In this document: positions 38,879 through 47,612 of the stretch, piece by piece
How positions within the stretch are numbered: the first letter of the stretch is position 1
Layout: every line of letters begins with the position of its first letter
From: an uncultured bacterium
Lineage (GTDB): Bacteria > Chlamydiota > Chlamydiia > Chlamydiales > SM23-39
Reading direction: 5' to 3'
DNA length: 64,000 nt
NCBI GenBank assembly: GCA_964626905.1
Contig: CAZVHA010000005.1
Span: 51,345 to 115,344 of the forward strand
Program-made: the position numbers and the translations under genes
Notes under the pieces: generated by a model
Databases searched by the model: none
Told to the model about the DNA's origin: nothing
What the model saw: the letters and a program-made list of their open reading frames with translations, nothing else

Positions 38879-40063
38879 TTAGTAATCCCAGTCAATAAAT
38901 ATTGGCAATTTTAAACCCCTAATGTTTCCAATTGTCTCGCTAAACAAAGTTTTTGCTTTGGCTTTATCCGTTTCCACTTGTTCTGGAAGATCTGCAGCGT
39001 ATTCGACCACATCTTTGGAGCAAAACTTTTTGAGGAGATACTGTTCGCTAAATTTCTCCTGGAATCTCTTTTTTTGCGGATAGATATTTTCCGGATAGAC
39101 CTTGTCATCTTCTCCGACAACTAGTTTCGTTGAGCTCGCAAGAGTTCCATTGTGGCTCTCTTCGAGCCAACGCATCCCCGGGTTGTTTTCTTTACTCTCA
39201 AAATGACGAAGCGGAAGACTTGGATCTCCCAAATAGCCTTGCGCCGCATCAGTCATCGAGATCAGGTAGGTAAAATCAATAGCTACTTTGGGGAAAAGGG
39301 CTCGGATCTCTTTGATCATGCTCCCCTCAAAACCAATATCGATAAAAGTGCACTGATCTCCCTCTTGAATCTGGAGATTTTCTCGAACATATCGATCAAA
39401 AACGGATTGATTTTCTGTTGATGCGACCGCGTGCCGCAGCAATTTTCTAGACATGTGGGCCAAAACAAGGCGATCATCTCCTACGAGGTTGGGATATTTT
39501 TGCGCATATTCAGGTTTTGCCATCAACTTTATGGCGAGCTGATAGTAGGGGATTGCGTCTCGGGCCAAAAAAACAAGCTTTTTATTGTCTCGATTCGCGG
39601 TTTCCAAAAGATGGTCTACAAAATGGCGAATGACTGGACCATAAATTTTTTGGGAGCGGGCAGAATAGGCGCAGATTTTATCAATTAACTTTTCCTTTTG
39701 CCCTAAAGACAGCGATCGAAAATCCCTTTGATGCTTGTCGAAATACTTTCGGATCTGGGCTTCCGTTCGATTCACCTCTTCAGGTGCAAGCCGTTTCCGA
39801 TCTTCGTAAATGGCTCGAATAACGAGTTGCTTTGATTGATACCAACGGATTGGGTAGCTGATCAGGCTATAGAAAAAAGCAAACACTAAGGAAACGGCCA
39901 AGGCTACATCTAAAAGTCGATTTTTGACCCCATTGGCCAAGAAAAAGAGCCCCTTTCGCGAGAGTGAATCAGACTTCAATACCTCGATCTGAGTCTTTCT
40001 TCGCAAACCCTGAAATTGAAACCAACAAGTTTTAACAGGTTGAAATAAAATGTTAGCAGCCAC
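38879..40063 (-). CDS. Membrane-anchored hypothetical protein, tandem paralog 1 (394 aa)
   Basis: GTG start. The N-terminal module is NGVKNRLLDVALAVSLVFAFFYSLISYPIRWYQS. Blocks conserved with the neighbouring gene: KLVFLARD, DIGFEGS, GMRWLEESHNGTLAS, LFSETI. Confidence 0.6.
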   Translation of the reverse strand: MAANILFQPVKTCWFQFQGLRRKTQIEVLKSDSLSRKGLFFLANGVKNRLLDVALAVSLVFAFFYSLISYPIRWYQSKQLVIRAIYEDRKRLAPEEVNRTEAQIRKYFDKHQRDFRSLSLGQKEKLIDKICAYSARSQKIYGPVIRHFVDHLLETANRDNKKLVFLARDAIPYYQLAIKLMAKPEYAQKYPNLVGDDRLVLAHMSRKLLRHAVASTENQSVFDRYVRENLQIQEGDQCTFIDIGFEGSMIKEIRALFPKVAIDFTYLISMTDAAQGYLGDPSLPLRHFESKENNPGMRWLEESHNGTLASSTKLVVGEDDKVYPENIYPQKKRFQEKFSEQYLLKKFCSKDVVEYAADLPEQVETDKAKAKTLFSETIGNIRGLKLPIFIDWDY

Positions 40064-40128
40064 AAATAAACCAATTTTATATTTAAAATATTTTACAACA
40101 AAATAACATAAAAATCAATCAAACAAAA

Positions 40129-41346
40129 CTATTGATCCCAGCCGACAGGAATCAGAAGTTCGCCATTTTTGATTTGTCGAATGGTTTCACTAAAAATTTT
40201 CTTTGTCTCTGCCCTTTCCTTCTCAGTCTGCAAGGGGAGATCGGCAGCGCTGTGGACCACTGCTTTTAGGCAAAATTTTCTGATTAGGTAAGGGAGGGAG
40301 AATTTAGCCTCGGTGCGAACTTTCCCCGGATATTTTTCGCTTTGCACCCCTTTTGAATCATGAACGACATAAACCCTGTTTTTTTCGCCATCTAGAGCAA
40401 GTTCGGTGCCACTCGCAAGAGTGCCGTGATGTGTCTCTTCCATCCAGCGCATCCCCAGGTTCTGCTTTTCAGATTCGAAATAAGGGAGAGGCTGATCTGG
40501 TGTTGCCAAAAAGCCGTTCGCTTTATCTGAAGTGGCAACTAAAAATTCGAATACAATATCGTTTTCTGGAAGAAGTTTTCGAATGGGGTCGACCATCCTC
40601 CCTGAGAAACCAATATCGGCAAATATACAGTTTTCTAAGGGTTTAACCCCCAGATTTTCAGCAAAATACTGCTGGAACAGTTCTGGCTTTGAAAGAGATT
40701 TAAAAACCAATTCCCTTGAAAAATACCCGTAGACCAGTGCCCCTTCCTTTGCAAGGAATGGATATTTCTTTTGATATTCTTCTTGTTTCATGAGCTTTTG
40801 AGCTACCTCGTAGAAAGGGAGCCCGTCTCGAGCCATAAAGACGAGTTTGCGCTTTCCCCTATCGGCTGCTTCGAGGAGGTGGTCTACGAACTGCCTTGCA
40901 ACGGGGGCGAAAACGGCCTGGCTACGCGCGCATTGGGCAGTGACTTGGCGTATGATCTTTCCCTTTTGTCTACCTGATTGTCGGTCAAAAAAAGTTTTGT
41001 GTTTGTTAAAATAACGGAAGAGCTCCTCAGAGCCAATCACTGGTTTTTTAATTCGGGCTAAATCGAGCTCAATGCTTCTTCTTTCAAGGAGCTCGGCCTT
41101 GTAAAAGCGAAACGGAAAGGTCAAAAGGCAGTACAACCCCACAAAGAGAGTCGCAATGACAAAGGCGAGCTCGACAAGTCTATTTTTTATTCCGTTGGCT
41201 AGGAAAAAACCGATTTTTTTAATCGATGAGCAGGGGGATGAAGCGGGCTCAAGAGGCCTATCATAAACGCTGTGCAGCCGATTCCAAACCGTCATCAGTG
41301 GCTGAATCATTAAAATATTTTCTGGGGCCATTTTTATCTTCATCAT
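40129..41346 (-). CDS. Membrane-anchored hypothetical protein, tandem paralog 2 (405 aa)
   Basis: The N-terminal module is NGIKNRLVELAFVIATLFVGLYCLLTFPFRFYKA. Conserved blocks: KLVFMARD, DIGFSGR, GMRWMEETHHGTLAS, IFSETI. Alignment with paralog 1 suggests the ATG at 41331 (MAPENIL) as an alternative start. Confidence 0.6.
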   Translation of the reverse strand: MMKIKMAPENILMIQPLMTVWNRLHSVYDRPLEPASSPCSSIKKIGFFLANGIKNRLVELAFVIATLFVGLYCLLTFPFRFYKAELLERRSIELDLARIKKPVIGSEELFRYFNKHKTFFDRQSGRQKGKIIRQVTAQCARSQAVFAPVARQFVDHLLEAADRGKRKLVFMARDGLPFYEVAQKLMKQEEYQKKYPFLAKEGALVYGYFSRELVFKSLSKPELFQQYFAENLGVKPLENCIFADIGFSGRMVDPIRKLLPENDIVFEFLVATSDKANGFLATPDQPLPYFESEKQNLGMRWMEETHHGTLASGTELALDGEKNRVYVVHDSKGVQSEKYPGKVRTEAKFSLPYLIRKFCLKAVVHSAADLPLQTEKERAETKKIFSETIRQIKNGELLIPVGWDQ

Positions 41347-41400
41347 AATTGCCGATCACACAAATTAACCGCACCAATTTTACTTAATTTTTATTAAAAA

Positions 41401-41419
41401 AGCAATCATTGCGATTGCT
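41401..41419. promoter_or_regulatory. Dyad AGCAATC-attgc-GATTGCT flanked by A-runs in a divergent promoter region
   Basis: Perfect 7-bp arms with a 5-nt spacer, read directly. It lies in the 126-nt AT-rich gap between divergent genes 40129-41346 (-) and 41473-42546 (+). Confidence 0.4.
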
Positions 41420-41472
41420 AAAAATTATTTTCATTTGTTTTTAGATGCTCTTTAATATACAATATTTAGCAA

Positions 41473-42546
41473 ATGGTTAGGGCTGTGGGACAAAAGGGGG
41501 ATTTTTCTATTCCCCCGGAAACAATACAATGCAATGGATTGCGGGCTCGAGTGGGCTCTGTTGTTCGCGCCTGTTTTGAATGGCTCCGAGCTGTTTTCCT
41601 TTTTCCCTTTCGCTATTTGGGGTCCAAAACGTGGTCTATACCAGGGGTCATCCTTCGGGCGCCGTGGCTCTGTGTGAAGAGAGTTTTTACAAAATTCTCT
41701 TTACGGCAAGAATTATTTGGAGCAAAGTACCAATACTTTTTTGAAAAGAGTTTGGGGCCTGAGGAACTAAGACCGTATCTTCCTTACGCCTGTGCTGTCG
41801 CGTTTGTGGCGTCGGTCAATCCAGAGTATCGCCTTTCTGGGTGGAATCACGTTTGTTCGCTCGATCTGAACCTTCCGGAGGGGTGTTCCCTAAATCAGGA
41901 AGGGTATGTCGTTGATTCTATGGCGGGGTTTAAGTCTGTTATATTGGAAAAAGGGGATGAATTGATCATCGCATTTAGGGCCATGAAGCATTGTTTAAAG
42001 AGGGATGAAAGCGATCCTAAAAAGCCAGTGAGACTTCCCAGCATGGATCCGGATGCAAAAAATCTCGTGAGTCAACTTGCAGGATTAAAGCCAGCTCTTT
42101 TTGAACGGGCAAGTTCCTATGTAAAGCATATCGGCAATCTCCCCCAATCCCGAGGTAAAAAGATTATAGTCGCCGGACAATGTCATGGAGGTACTATTGC
42201 TTCTTATGCCGGGATTGCAAATGGGATCCCTGCCATCTGTTTCAACACTTGCCCTCTAGGTGTAGGGCTTCAGAAAGATTTGGGCAGAGAGCGGCTTGAT
42301 CGGGCGAGCGACTTAGCGACGCATATTTGTATTGAAGGAGACTTCCTAACAGACCATTCTTATCAGGCGCCTTTAGATGTCCTTGCTAACGGTCTTGGAT
42401 TGCGCACTCCTGGCAATTTTGGAAAGAAATTTCGCATCCCATCAGCCTATTCTAAGGAGCACGATAAGCACGTCTTCTCGTTGGGGAGCGTGCTGAAACA
42501 TCTCGGATACCCGATTCGCACTCTCCCAAAAGAGATCGCGCTATAG
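41473..42546 (+). CDS. Class-3-lipase/DUF2974-like alpha/beta hydrolase with Cys in the nucleophile elbow
   Basis: 357 aa. ELIIAFRA (compare the lipase_3 AFRGT block). The nucleophile elbow reads GQCHGG (nt 42175-42192) instead of GHSxGG. Candidate Asp is in IEGDFLTD and candidate His in EHDKHVF. The N-terminus NGLRARV...FLFPFRYLGS matches the module of the neighbouring genes. Confidence 0.6.
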   Translation: MVRAVGQKGDFSIPPETIQCNGLRARVGSVVRACFEWLRAVFLFPFRYLGSKTWSIPGVILRAPWLCVKRVFTKFSLRQELFGAKYQYFFEKSLGPEELRPYLPYACAVAFVASVNPEYRLSGWNHVCSLDLNLPEGCSLNQEGYVVDSMAGFKSVILEKGDELIIAFRAMKHCLKRDESDPKKPVRLPSMDPDAKNLVSQLAGLKPALFERASSYVKHIGNLPQSRGKKIIVAGQCHGGTIASYAGIANGIPAICFNTCPLGVGLQKDLGRERLDRASDLATHICIEGDFLTDHSYQAPLDVLANGLGLRTPGNFGKKFRIPSAYSKEHDKHVFSLGSVLKHLGYPIRTLPKEIAL

Positions 42547-42560
42547 CAGACCATCGCATT

Positions 42561-43589
42561 TCATCTGACGCTCTTGGCTCGATCCCTCAACTCTTGTAAA
42601 AGGGCCTTGACTCTTTGAGATTCTCCTTTCTTGCTGATGAGAATTGCCTCATCGGTTTCCACGATGAGAAGATCGTCCAATCCGATCGTGGAGACGATTC
42701 TTTTGCCGCCGATGATGAGGCTGTTCGTGGTGTCAATGGCTAAAACATCGCCAATTTTGACATTTCGATCTTCATCTTTTTGAAGAACATCGTAGACGCT
42801 ATCCCAGCAGCCGACATCAGACCAGGTGATGGCGAGAGGGCAGACGAGGAGATCTTTCGATTTTTCCATGATGCAATAATCGATGGATAGCTCGGGCAGT
42901 TCACCAAATCGACTCATCACCTCTTTGAGGTCCAGCTGAAATAGGGCTCCAAAGGAGGGGGCATGTAACTGTAGCTGCTCCCAAAAACTTTGAGGCGTGA
43001 ACAAAAACATCCCCGAATTCCAAAAAAAATGGGGATTTCTCAGGTATTTTTCGGCCAGTTTTAAATTCGGCTTTTCGACAAATCGCTTTACTTCGAAAGT
43101 GAGCGGATCACATTTTTTCCCCATTTCGATATATCCGTACCCGGTCTCTGGCTTCGTAGGGCGTATTCCGAAAGTGATGATTTTGGCCCTAGGCTGCAAT
43201 TGCTCTAAAGCGTGAAGAAAAATCTCCTCGGGCTCGATTAAATGATCTGAGGGGACGACCAAAATGGATTCTGAAGGGCTGCACCCCATCTCATTTTGCA
43301 GTGTTTTGACAGCTAAAGCGATGGCAGCTGCCGTATTTTTCCTCATCGGTTCTATAAGAATGGGGCAATCGATCCCAATTTTACTCAGCTGCTCCGTCAC
43401 AAGGGAATGGTGGAGCGCGTTGGTAGCGACAATCACCTCATCGATAAATGGCGCCTCTTTGAGCCGCATGACCGTCTTTTGGAGCAAAGAGGCCCCCATG
43501 CCAAAGTTGAGAAATTGTTTCGGGAAATTCTCCTTTGAAAGGGGCCAAAGGCGCTGCCCTCCACCGCCCGCTAGTACAATTGCCTTCAT
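42561..43589 (-). CDS. Mannose-1-phosphate guanylyltransferase (nucleotidyltransferase domain only)
   Basis: MKAIVLAGGGGQRLWPLSKENFPKQFL from the ATG at 43589, which overlaps the upstream stop (ATGA). GYGYIE block. No C-terminal cupin/PMI domain. Confidence 0.85.
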   Translation of the reverse strand: MKAIVLAGGGGQRLWPLSKENFPKQFLNFGMGASLLQKTVMRLKEAPFIDEVIVATNALHHSLVTEQLSKIGIDCPILIEPMRKNTAAAIALAVKTLQNEMGCSPSESILVVPSDHLIEPEEIFLHALEQLQPRAKIITFGIRPTKPETGYGYIEMGKKCDPLTFEVKRFVEKPNLKLAEKYLRNPHFFWNSGMFLFTPQSFWEQLQLHAPSFGALFQLDLKEVMSRFGELPELSIDYCIMEKSKDLLVCPLAITWSDVGCWDSVYDVLQKDEDRNVKIGDVLAIDTTNSLIIGGKRIVSTIGLDDLLIVETDEAILISKKGESQRVKALLQELRDRAKSVR

Positions 43590-44677
43590 CGTTTTGCCTC
43601 GACGAATGTGGAAAACTGTCTGTTGAATCGCTCGAGCGAAAAAAGCTCTGCCCTTTTGCGACATTTTTCTGGATCGAATTCCATTTTTTCAAACTCTTGA
43701 ATAGCGCCAATGAGAGAAGAGATACTCTGCTCCTCAAAAAAATGGCCCGTTTCCCCCTCGATCACGCTCTCTTTTACTCCCCCTTTGCCAAAAGCGATGA
43801 CCGGTGTTCCCGACGCCATCGCTTCGACAGGGGCAATACCAAAATCTTCAAGTGCAGCAAAGACGAACCCTTTTGCCCTTTGTAAAAGCCCTTTCAACAC
43901 GTGGTCCTCTTGATATCCGAGTAGTTCCACATTTTTGCCAGCGATTGCCCTCACTTTTTTCCACTCGGGACCATCGCCGACAACCACAAGTTTTTTGTCC
44001 CCCATTTTCGAAAATGCCTCCACAATTAAATCGATCTTTTTATAGGGGACAAACCTCGATGCGGTGAGATAAAAGCTCTCTTTTTTCTCCTTCTTTTCAA
44101 AAAGATCCACATCGACTGGGGGATAAATCACTTCGGAACTTCGCCCATAAAATTTCTGAATCCGTTTCGCAACAAATTTCGAATTGGCGATAAAATGATC
44201 GACTCTTTGCACCGAATGGAGATCCCATCCTCGCAAATAGTGCAAAAAAAACTTTGCAAAAAAGCCTTTGATTCCCCGATCGAGCTTGGCCTCTCTTAAA
44301 TAGGCGTGCATCATGTCCCAAGCATAGCGCATCGGCGTGTGGCAATAGCAAATATGGAGCTGTTCAGCACCTGGGATCACTCCCTTGGCAACACAGTGCG
44401 ACGAAGAGAGGATCAGATCGTATCCGCTCAAATCAAAATGCTCGATTGCTAGAGGAAAAAGGGGCAAATACCTCTGATACTTCGCCTCTACCTTTGGAAA
44501 TTTTTGCAAGAAAGAAGAAAAGATCTCAAGACCTTCAAAATAGGTTCCCTGAAGTTTTTTGGCATTTTGAATGAGGGTGAAAATGGGAGAAGGGTAGAGC
44601 TGGTGGATCGCTTGAAGCACCTTTTCGCCGCCTCCAACACTAGAGAGAAGCCAGTCGTGAACGATGGCGCTACCCAT
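43586..44677 (-). CDS. Glycosyltransferase family 4 (GT-B)
   Basis: MGSAIVHDWLLSSVGGGEKVL start at the internal ATG 44677. The C-terminal block EDFGIAPVEAMASGTPVIA is a family signature. The upstream part of the track ORF overlaps the preceding gene. Confidence 0.8.
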   Translation of the reverse strand: MGSAIVHDWLLSSVGGGEKVLQAIHQLYPSPIFTLIQNAKKLQGTYFEGLEIFSSFLQKFPKVEAKYQRYLPLFPLAIEHFDLSGYDLILSSSHCVAKGVIPGAEQLHICYCHTPMRYAWDMMHAYLREAKLDRGIKGFFAKFFLHYLRGWDLHSVQRVDHFIANSKFVAKRIQKFYGRSSEVIYPPVDVDLFEKKEKKESFYLTASRFVPYKKIDLIVEAFSKMGDKKLVVVGDGPEWKKVRAIAGKNVELLGYQEDHVLKGLLQRAKGFVFAALEDFGIAPVEAMASGTPVIAFGKGGVKESVIEGETGHFFEEQSISSLIGAIQEFEKMEFDPEKCRKRAELFSLERFNRQFSTFVEAKR

Positions 44678-45647
44678 CAAGGGCCTCTTCAAAAATTTGT
44701 CGGTGACTCTCTGCACACTTTTCCCATGAAAAAAGAGATGCTCTTTGAAATCCTTTCTGGATGAGTGGGTCCCTTTGTTGTAAGGCTCGTTGAATCGTTT
44801 GCGCCATCTCCTCGATGTTTTCTGGGTCAAAATAGAGGCTCGCCTCACCGCACACTTCGGGGATGCTGGCTTTTTTAGCGACAGCCGTGGGACAACCGCA
44901 ACTCATCGCCTCTAGCGGAGGGAGGCCAAACCCTTCATAAAGGGAAGGGAATACAAATACCTGGGCCATACTATACAAAACGGGCAAATCAGCATGGGCA
45001 ACTTCGAGAAGTCCATTTCCGACGGCGATCAAGGGGACATCAGAAAGTATTGCAAGCGCTTTTTTTAACCCATCGAGATTTTTATGTGGTTTGTGGCTTC
45101 CGACAAAAAGGGCAAAGTTTTGCGGCAACTGGTATTTTTGTCTCAACCGATCGCAATGCTCTCTTGGATAAAAGTGGCTCTGATTGACGCCGATGTGCAC
45201 TGCCCTCACCCGTTTTACTTTAAAATGATTCTCAATTTCACTTTTAGAAAATTCAGAGACGGTAATAACCCCATCCGATTGGAGCGCAGCCCTCATCAGG
45301 AGCTTTGCGTAGAGCCTTTGCAATAAAGATCCGAATTTCAAGTGATAAATGTCGTGAATGGTGACAAGGCGCTTTTTTGCCCGGATTTTGAATAGAGGGA
45401 CATTGTAATGAGGGGACCAAAAGAGATCGCAAGGGGGAATCGTGGATGGGTATTGCCACTGCTCTTTTAAGGAATAGATGGGAGCTGTAAAAAGGATCTG
45501 CTCAAGCCCTTCACACCACTCTCTGCTCAGCTGATCGACGAGAAGGGTGATGCGAAAATCTTTTTGCAAAAGAGGGACAAGTTCGCGAATATAGGTTCCA
45601 ATTCCAGAACAAAACGCCATGCGCACATCAATGCAAAGATCTCTCAT
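44670..45647 (-). CDS. Glycosyltransferase family 4 (GT-B)
   Basis: 325 aa with the YEGFGLPPLEAMSCGCPTAV signature. Confidence 0.8.
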   Translation of the reverse strand: MRDLCIDVRMAFCSGIGTYIRELVPLLQKDFRITLLVDQLSREWCEGLEQILFTAPIYSLKEQWQYPSTIPPCDLFWSPHYNVPLFKIRAKKRLVTIHDIYHLKFGSLLQRLYAKLLMRAALQSDGVITVSEFSKSEIENHFKVKRVRAVHIGVNQSHFYPREHCDRLRQKYQLPQNFALFVGSHKPHKNLDGLKKALAILSDVPLIAVGNGLLEVAHADLPVLYSMAQVFVFPSLYEGFGLPPLEAMSCGCPTAVAKKASIPEVCGEASLYFDPENIEEMAQTIQRALQQRDPLIQKGFQRASLFSWEKCAESHRQIFEEALDG

Positions 45648-45705
45648 GCATGAGATTCTATCAGATTTCTTCAGTTTCTACGATCAATTGCTTAAGTTTT
45701 TGACA

Positions 45706-46977
45706 TCACTCTTCTGGATCCACCGGTTTTCCCTTCATATAGGTCACTTTTCGGAAGAATCCCCCATTTTCATCAAAGAGGGTCGCAACTCCCGCACCCT
45801 TGCTGACGGAGGAGACGGGGTCTTTTTGGTACCTCTTGTAGTATTGCCCAGAGAGGAGGTGATCTTCTTCGTATTCTTCATAGAACATGAGGCTCCCGTC
45901 TGAATACCAGGCGAGAGCAGGGCCCATCCGCTGATTGCGCGAATACTCTCTTTGGCTTTGAAGCGAACCATTTTTATACCAAGTTTTGACACATCCGTGG
46001 ATCTTATTTTCATTCCAAGCAATCGATAGTTTGGGAAAAGGGGCCGTAGGGTTTGTCTTTAAATCGGCAGCTAAAAAATAATCGATCTCTTCGCCATGTT
46101 TCATCCCCCCTTTCGTGAAAAAGGTCTTCCGCATTTCCCCTTGGGAGGTGAAATTGCGCCAAAGCCCTTCTGGGCGCCCTACTTTATATTCGATTAAGGT
46201 GAGCTCCCCGTCCCCAAAACGGGCCACAAAACCGGCCCCTTTTTCTACCTCGGAAATGAGCTCTCCTTCCAAATTGAAATATGATCCATCTCGAAGTCTC
46301 CCGTCGGAATACTCTTCAACCCACGCTTTCGCCCCCTCTTCAAAATAGCCAAAACTATCCCCTTCTTTGATCCCCTGCTTGTATTGCGTCTTCGATTTCA
46401 CAACGCCGTTCAGCCAATACTCGATCTCACTGCCATGGAGTTTATTTTTGGCGAAAAACAGCTCTCTTTCTATCTGACCAGAAGGGTAATAATAGGTGCT
46501 TTTGCCTTCTAAAGACCCCTTGTCATAGGGAATAGCGGCGATCAGATGCCCCTGTTCATCCCAAACTCTACTCATCGCATCAAAAACCCAATCTTCTTGC
46601 GCCCCTGAGGCAAGATCGGCTGTCCCTCCAATCACTTTCGCCTCTATCTTGAGCTGTCCATTTGAGAACCACTCTCGATAGGCGCCGTGGGCCCGCATCT
46701 CCTCTGCTTCCAAATACTGCGCGATCACCCCATTGGGATGATAGGTCGTAATCCGCGAGCGGTTTTTCCCATCGCCTCTATAGACCCTAAGTACTTTTTT
46801 ATAAGGTTGATTGTTGAGAAAATCGACAGTTTCGTAGCTGACGAGCCGATCTGGATTGCTGATCGTCTCCGTGAGACCATTTCGATCTTGGATCTGGATG
46901 AGCGTGAGCGGGTCTTCTTTCGCGCTGTAATGACAAGCGCTCAAAAAGGCGAGGACAAAAATAGAAAAACGTCTCAT
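45706..46977 (-). CDS. Lipoprotein with MORN-variant (YwqK-like) repeats
   Basis: Lipobox VLAFLSAC. It has many repeats of the G-x-x-x-x-[YW]-[YF]-x-[NS]-G-x-[LI] type (for example HGAYREWFSNGQL, EGKSTYYYPSGQI, HGSEIEYWLNGVV). Confidence 0.75.
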   Translation of the reverse strand: MRRFSIFVLAFLSACHYSAKEDPLTLIQIQDRNGLTETISNPDRLVSYETVDFLNNQPYKKVLRVYRGDGKNRSRITTYHPNGVIAQYLEAEEMRAHGAYREWFSNGQLKIEAKVIGGTADLASGAQEDWVFDAMSRVWDEQGHLIAAIPYDKGSLEGKSTYYYPSGQIERELFFAKNKLHGSEIEYWLNGVVKSKTQYKQGIKEGDSFGYFEEGAKAWVEEYSDGRLRDGSYFNLEGELISEVEKGAGFVARFGDGELTLIEYKVGRPEGLWRNFTSQGEMRKTFFTKGGMKHGEEIDYFLAADLKTNPTAPFPKLSIAWNENKIHGCVKTWYKNGSLQSQREYSRNQRMGPALAWYSDGSLMFYEEYEEDHLLSGQYYKRYQKDPVSSVSKGAGVATLFDENGGFFRKVTYMKGKPVDPEE

Positions 46978-47612
46978 TGCGAATTAAACTCCCGTTTGAT
47001 GAGGTCCATTTCCACTTCAAACACATCAAAGTAAAGAGGACTGTTGATTTTTTTGAGCCTAAAATCGGTGATCAAAAGATGCGGTAAATGGTTTTCTTTT
47101 ACTCCCTCTTCCCTCGGCAAATCTTCAATGAGGGTAAGAATCTCTTTCAAATCAGTTTCATCCATTTGAACGGGGAGGCGCTGATGTTCTTTTACCTCTT
47201 TCATCTCATCCGATGTCTCGATCTTTTCTTCTTTAAAGCTCAATCGATTTTCATTGATAAAGGCGAGCCTCTCCTGAAAAGCGCCCCGCTCCGGTAAGGC
47301 GGGGTGATTCAAAAGTGCATCGCACTGTTTTTTCTCTTTTTGCAAAAGGGGAAACGATTCAATTTTTCGATCGAGAAAATAGGGATCGGCGCCCGAATGG
47401 CGAAAGAGAAAACGCTCTTTTCTCCCCTTTTTTTCCATGGCGAGTCTCTCGATTCTCGCAGCTTTTCCAAAACGAACTTCGAGATCTTGGAGTAGAGCCG
47501 ATTTTTGCATGAGGAAAAAAAGAGCTCCCAAAATGGGGCTCACGAGAAGAATAAAGAAAAAAAGAGGGCGTATTTGAGAGAAAAAGGCTTTTCCACATTT
47601 TTCAAGGAACAT
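46974..47612 (-). CDS. Hypothetical single-pass membrane protein, 212 aa
   Basis: N-terminal TM segment LFFFILLVSPILGALFFLM. It overlaps both neighbours, by 11 nt upstream and by ATGA downstream, so it is probably co-translated in an operon. Confidence 0.45.
   Translation of the reverse strand: MFLEKCGKAFFSQIRPLFFFILLVSPILGALFFLMQKSALLQDLEVRFGKAARIERLAMEKKGRKERFLFRHSGADPYFLDRKIESFPLLQKEKKQCDALLNHPALPERGAFQERLAFINENRLSFKEEKIETSDEMKEVKEHQRLPVQMDETDLKEILTLIEDLPREEGVKENHLPHLLITDFRLKKINSPLYFDVFEVEMDLIKREFNSQ

Noticed and set aside
38879-41346. HAD-superfamily hydrolase assignment for the tandem paralogs (based on F[LM]ARD and DIGF.G blocks)
   Set aside because: The defining HAD motif I (DxDxT) is absent, and the resemblance is to vaguely remembered patterns only. 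They are left as unknown function.
33694-42560. A mobile genetic element or genomic island with defined borders
   Set aside because: No integrase, transposase, flanking direct repeats or tRNA were found. The composition shift was judged by eye only, so only an accessory block is claimed.
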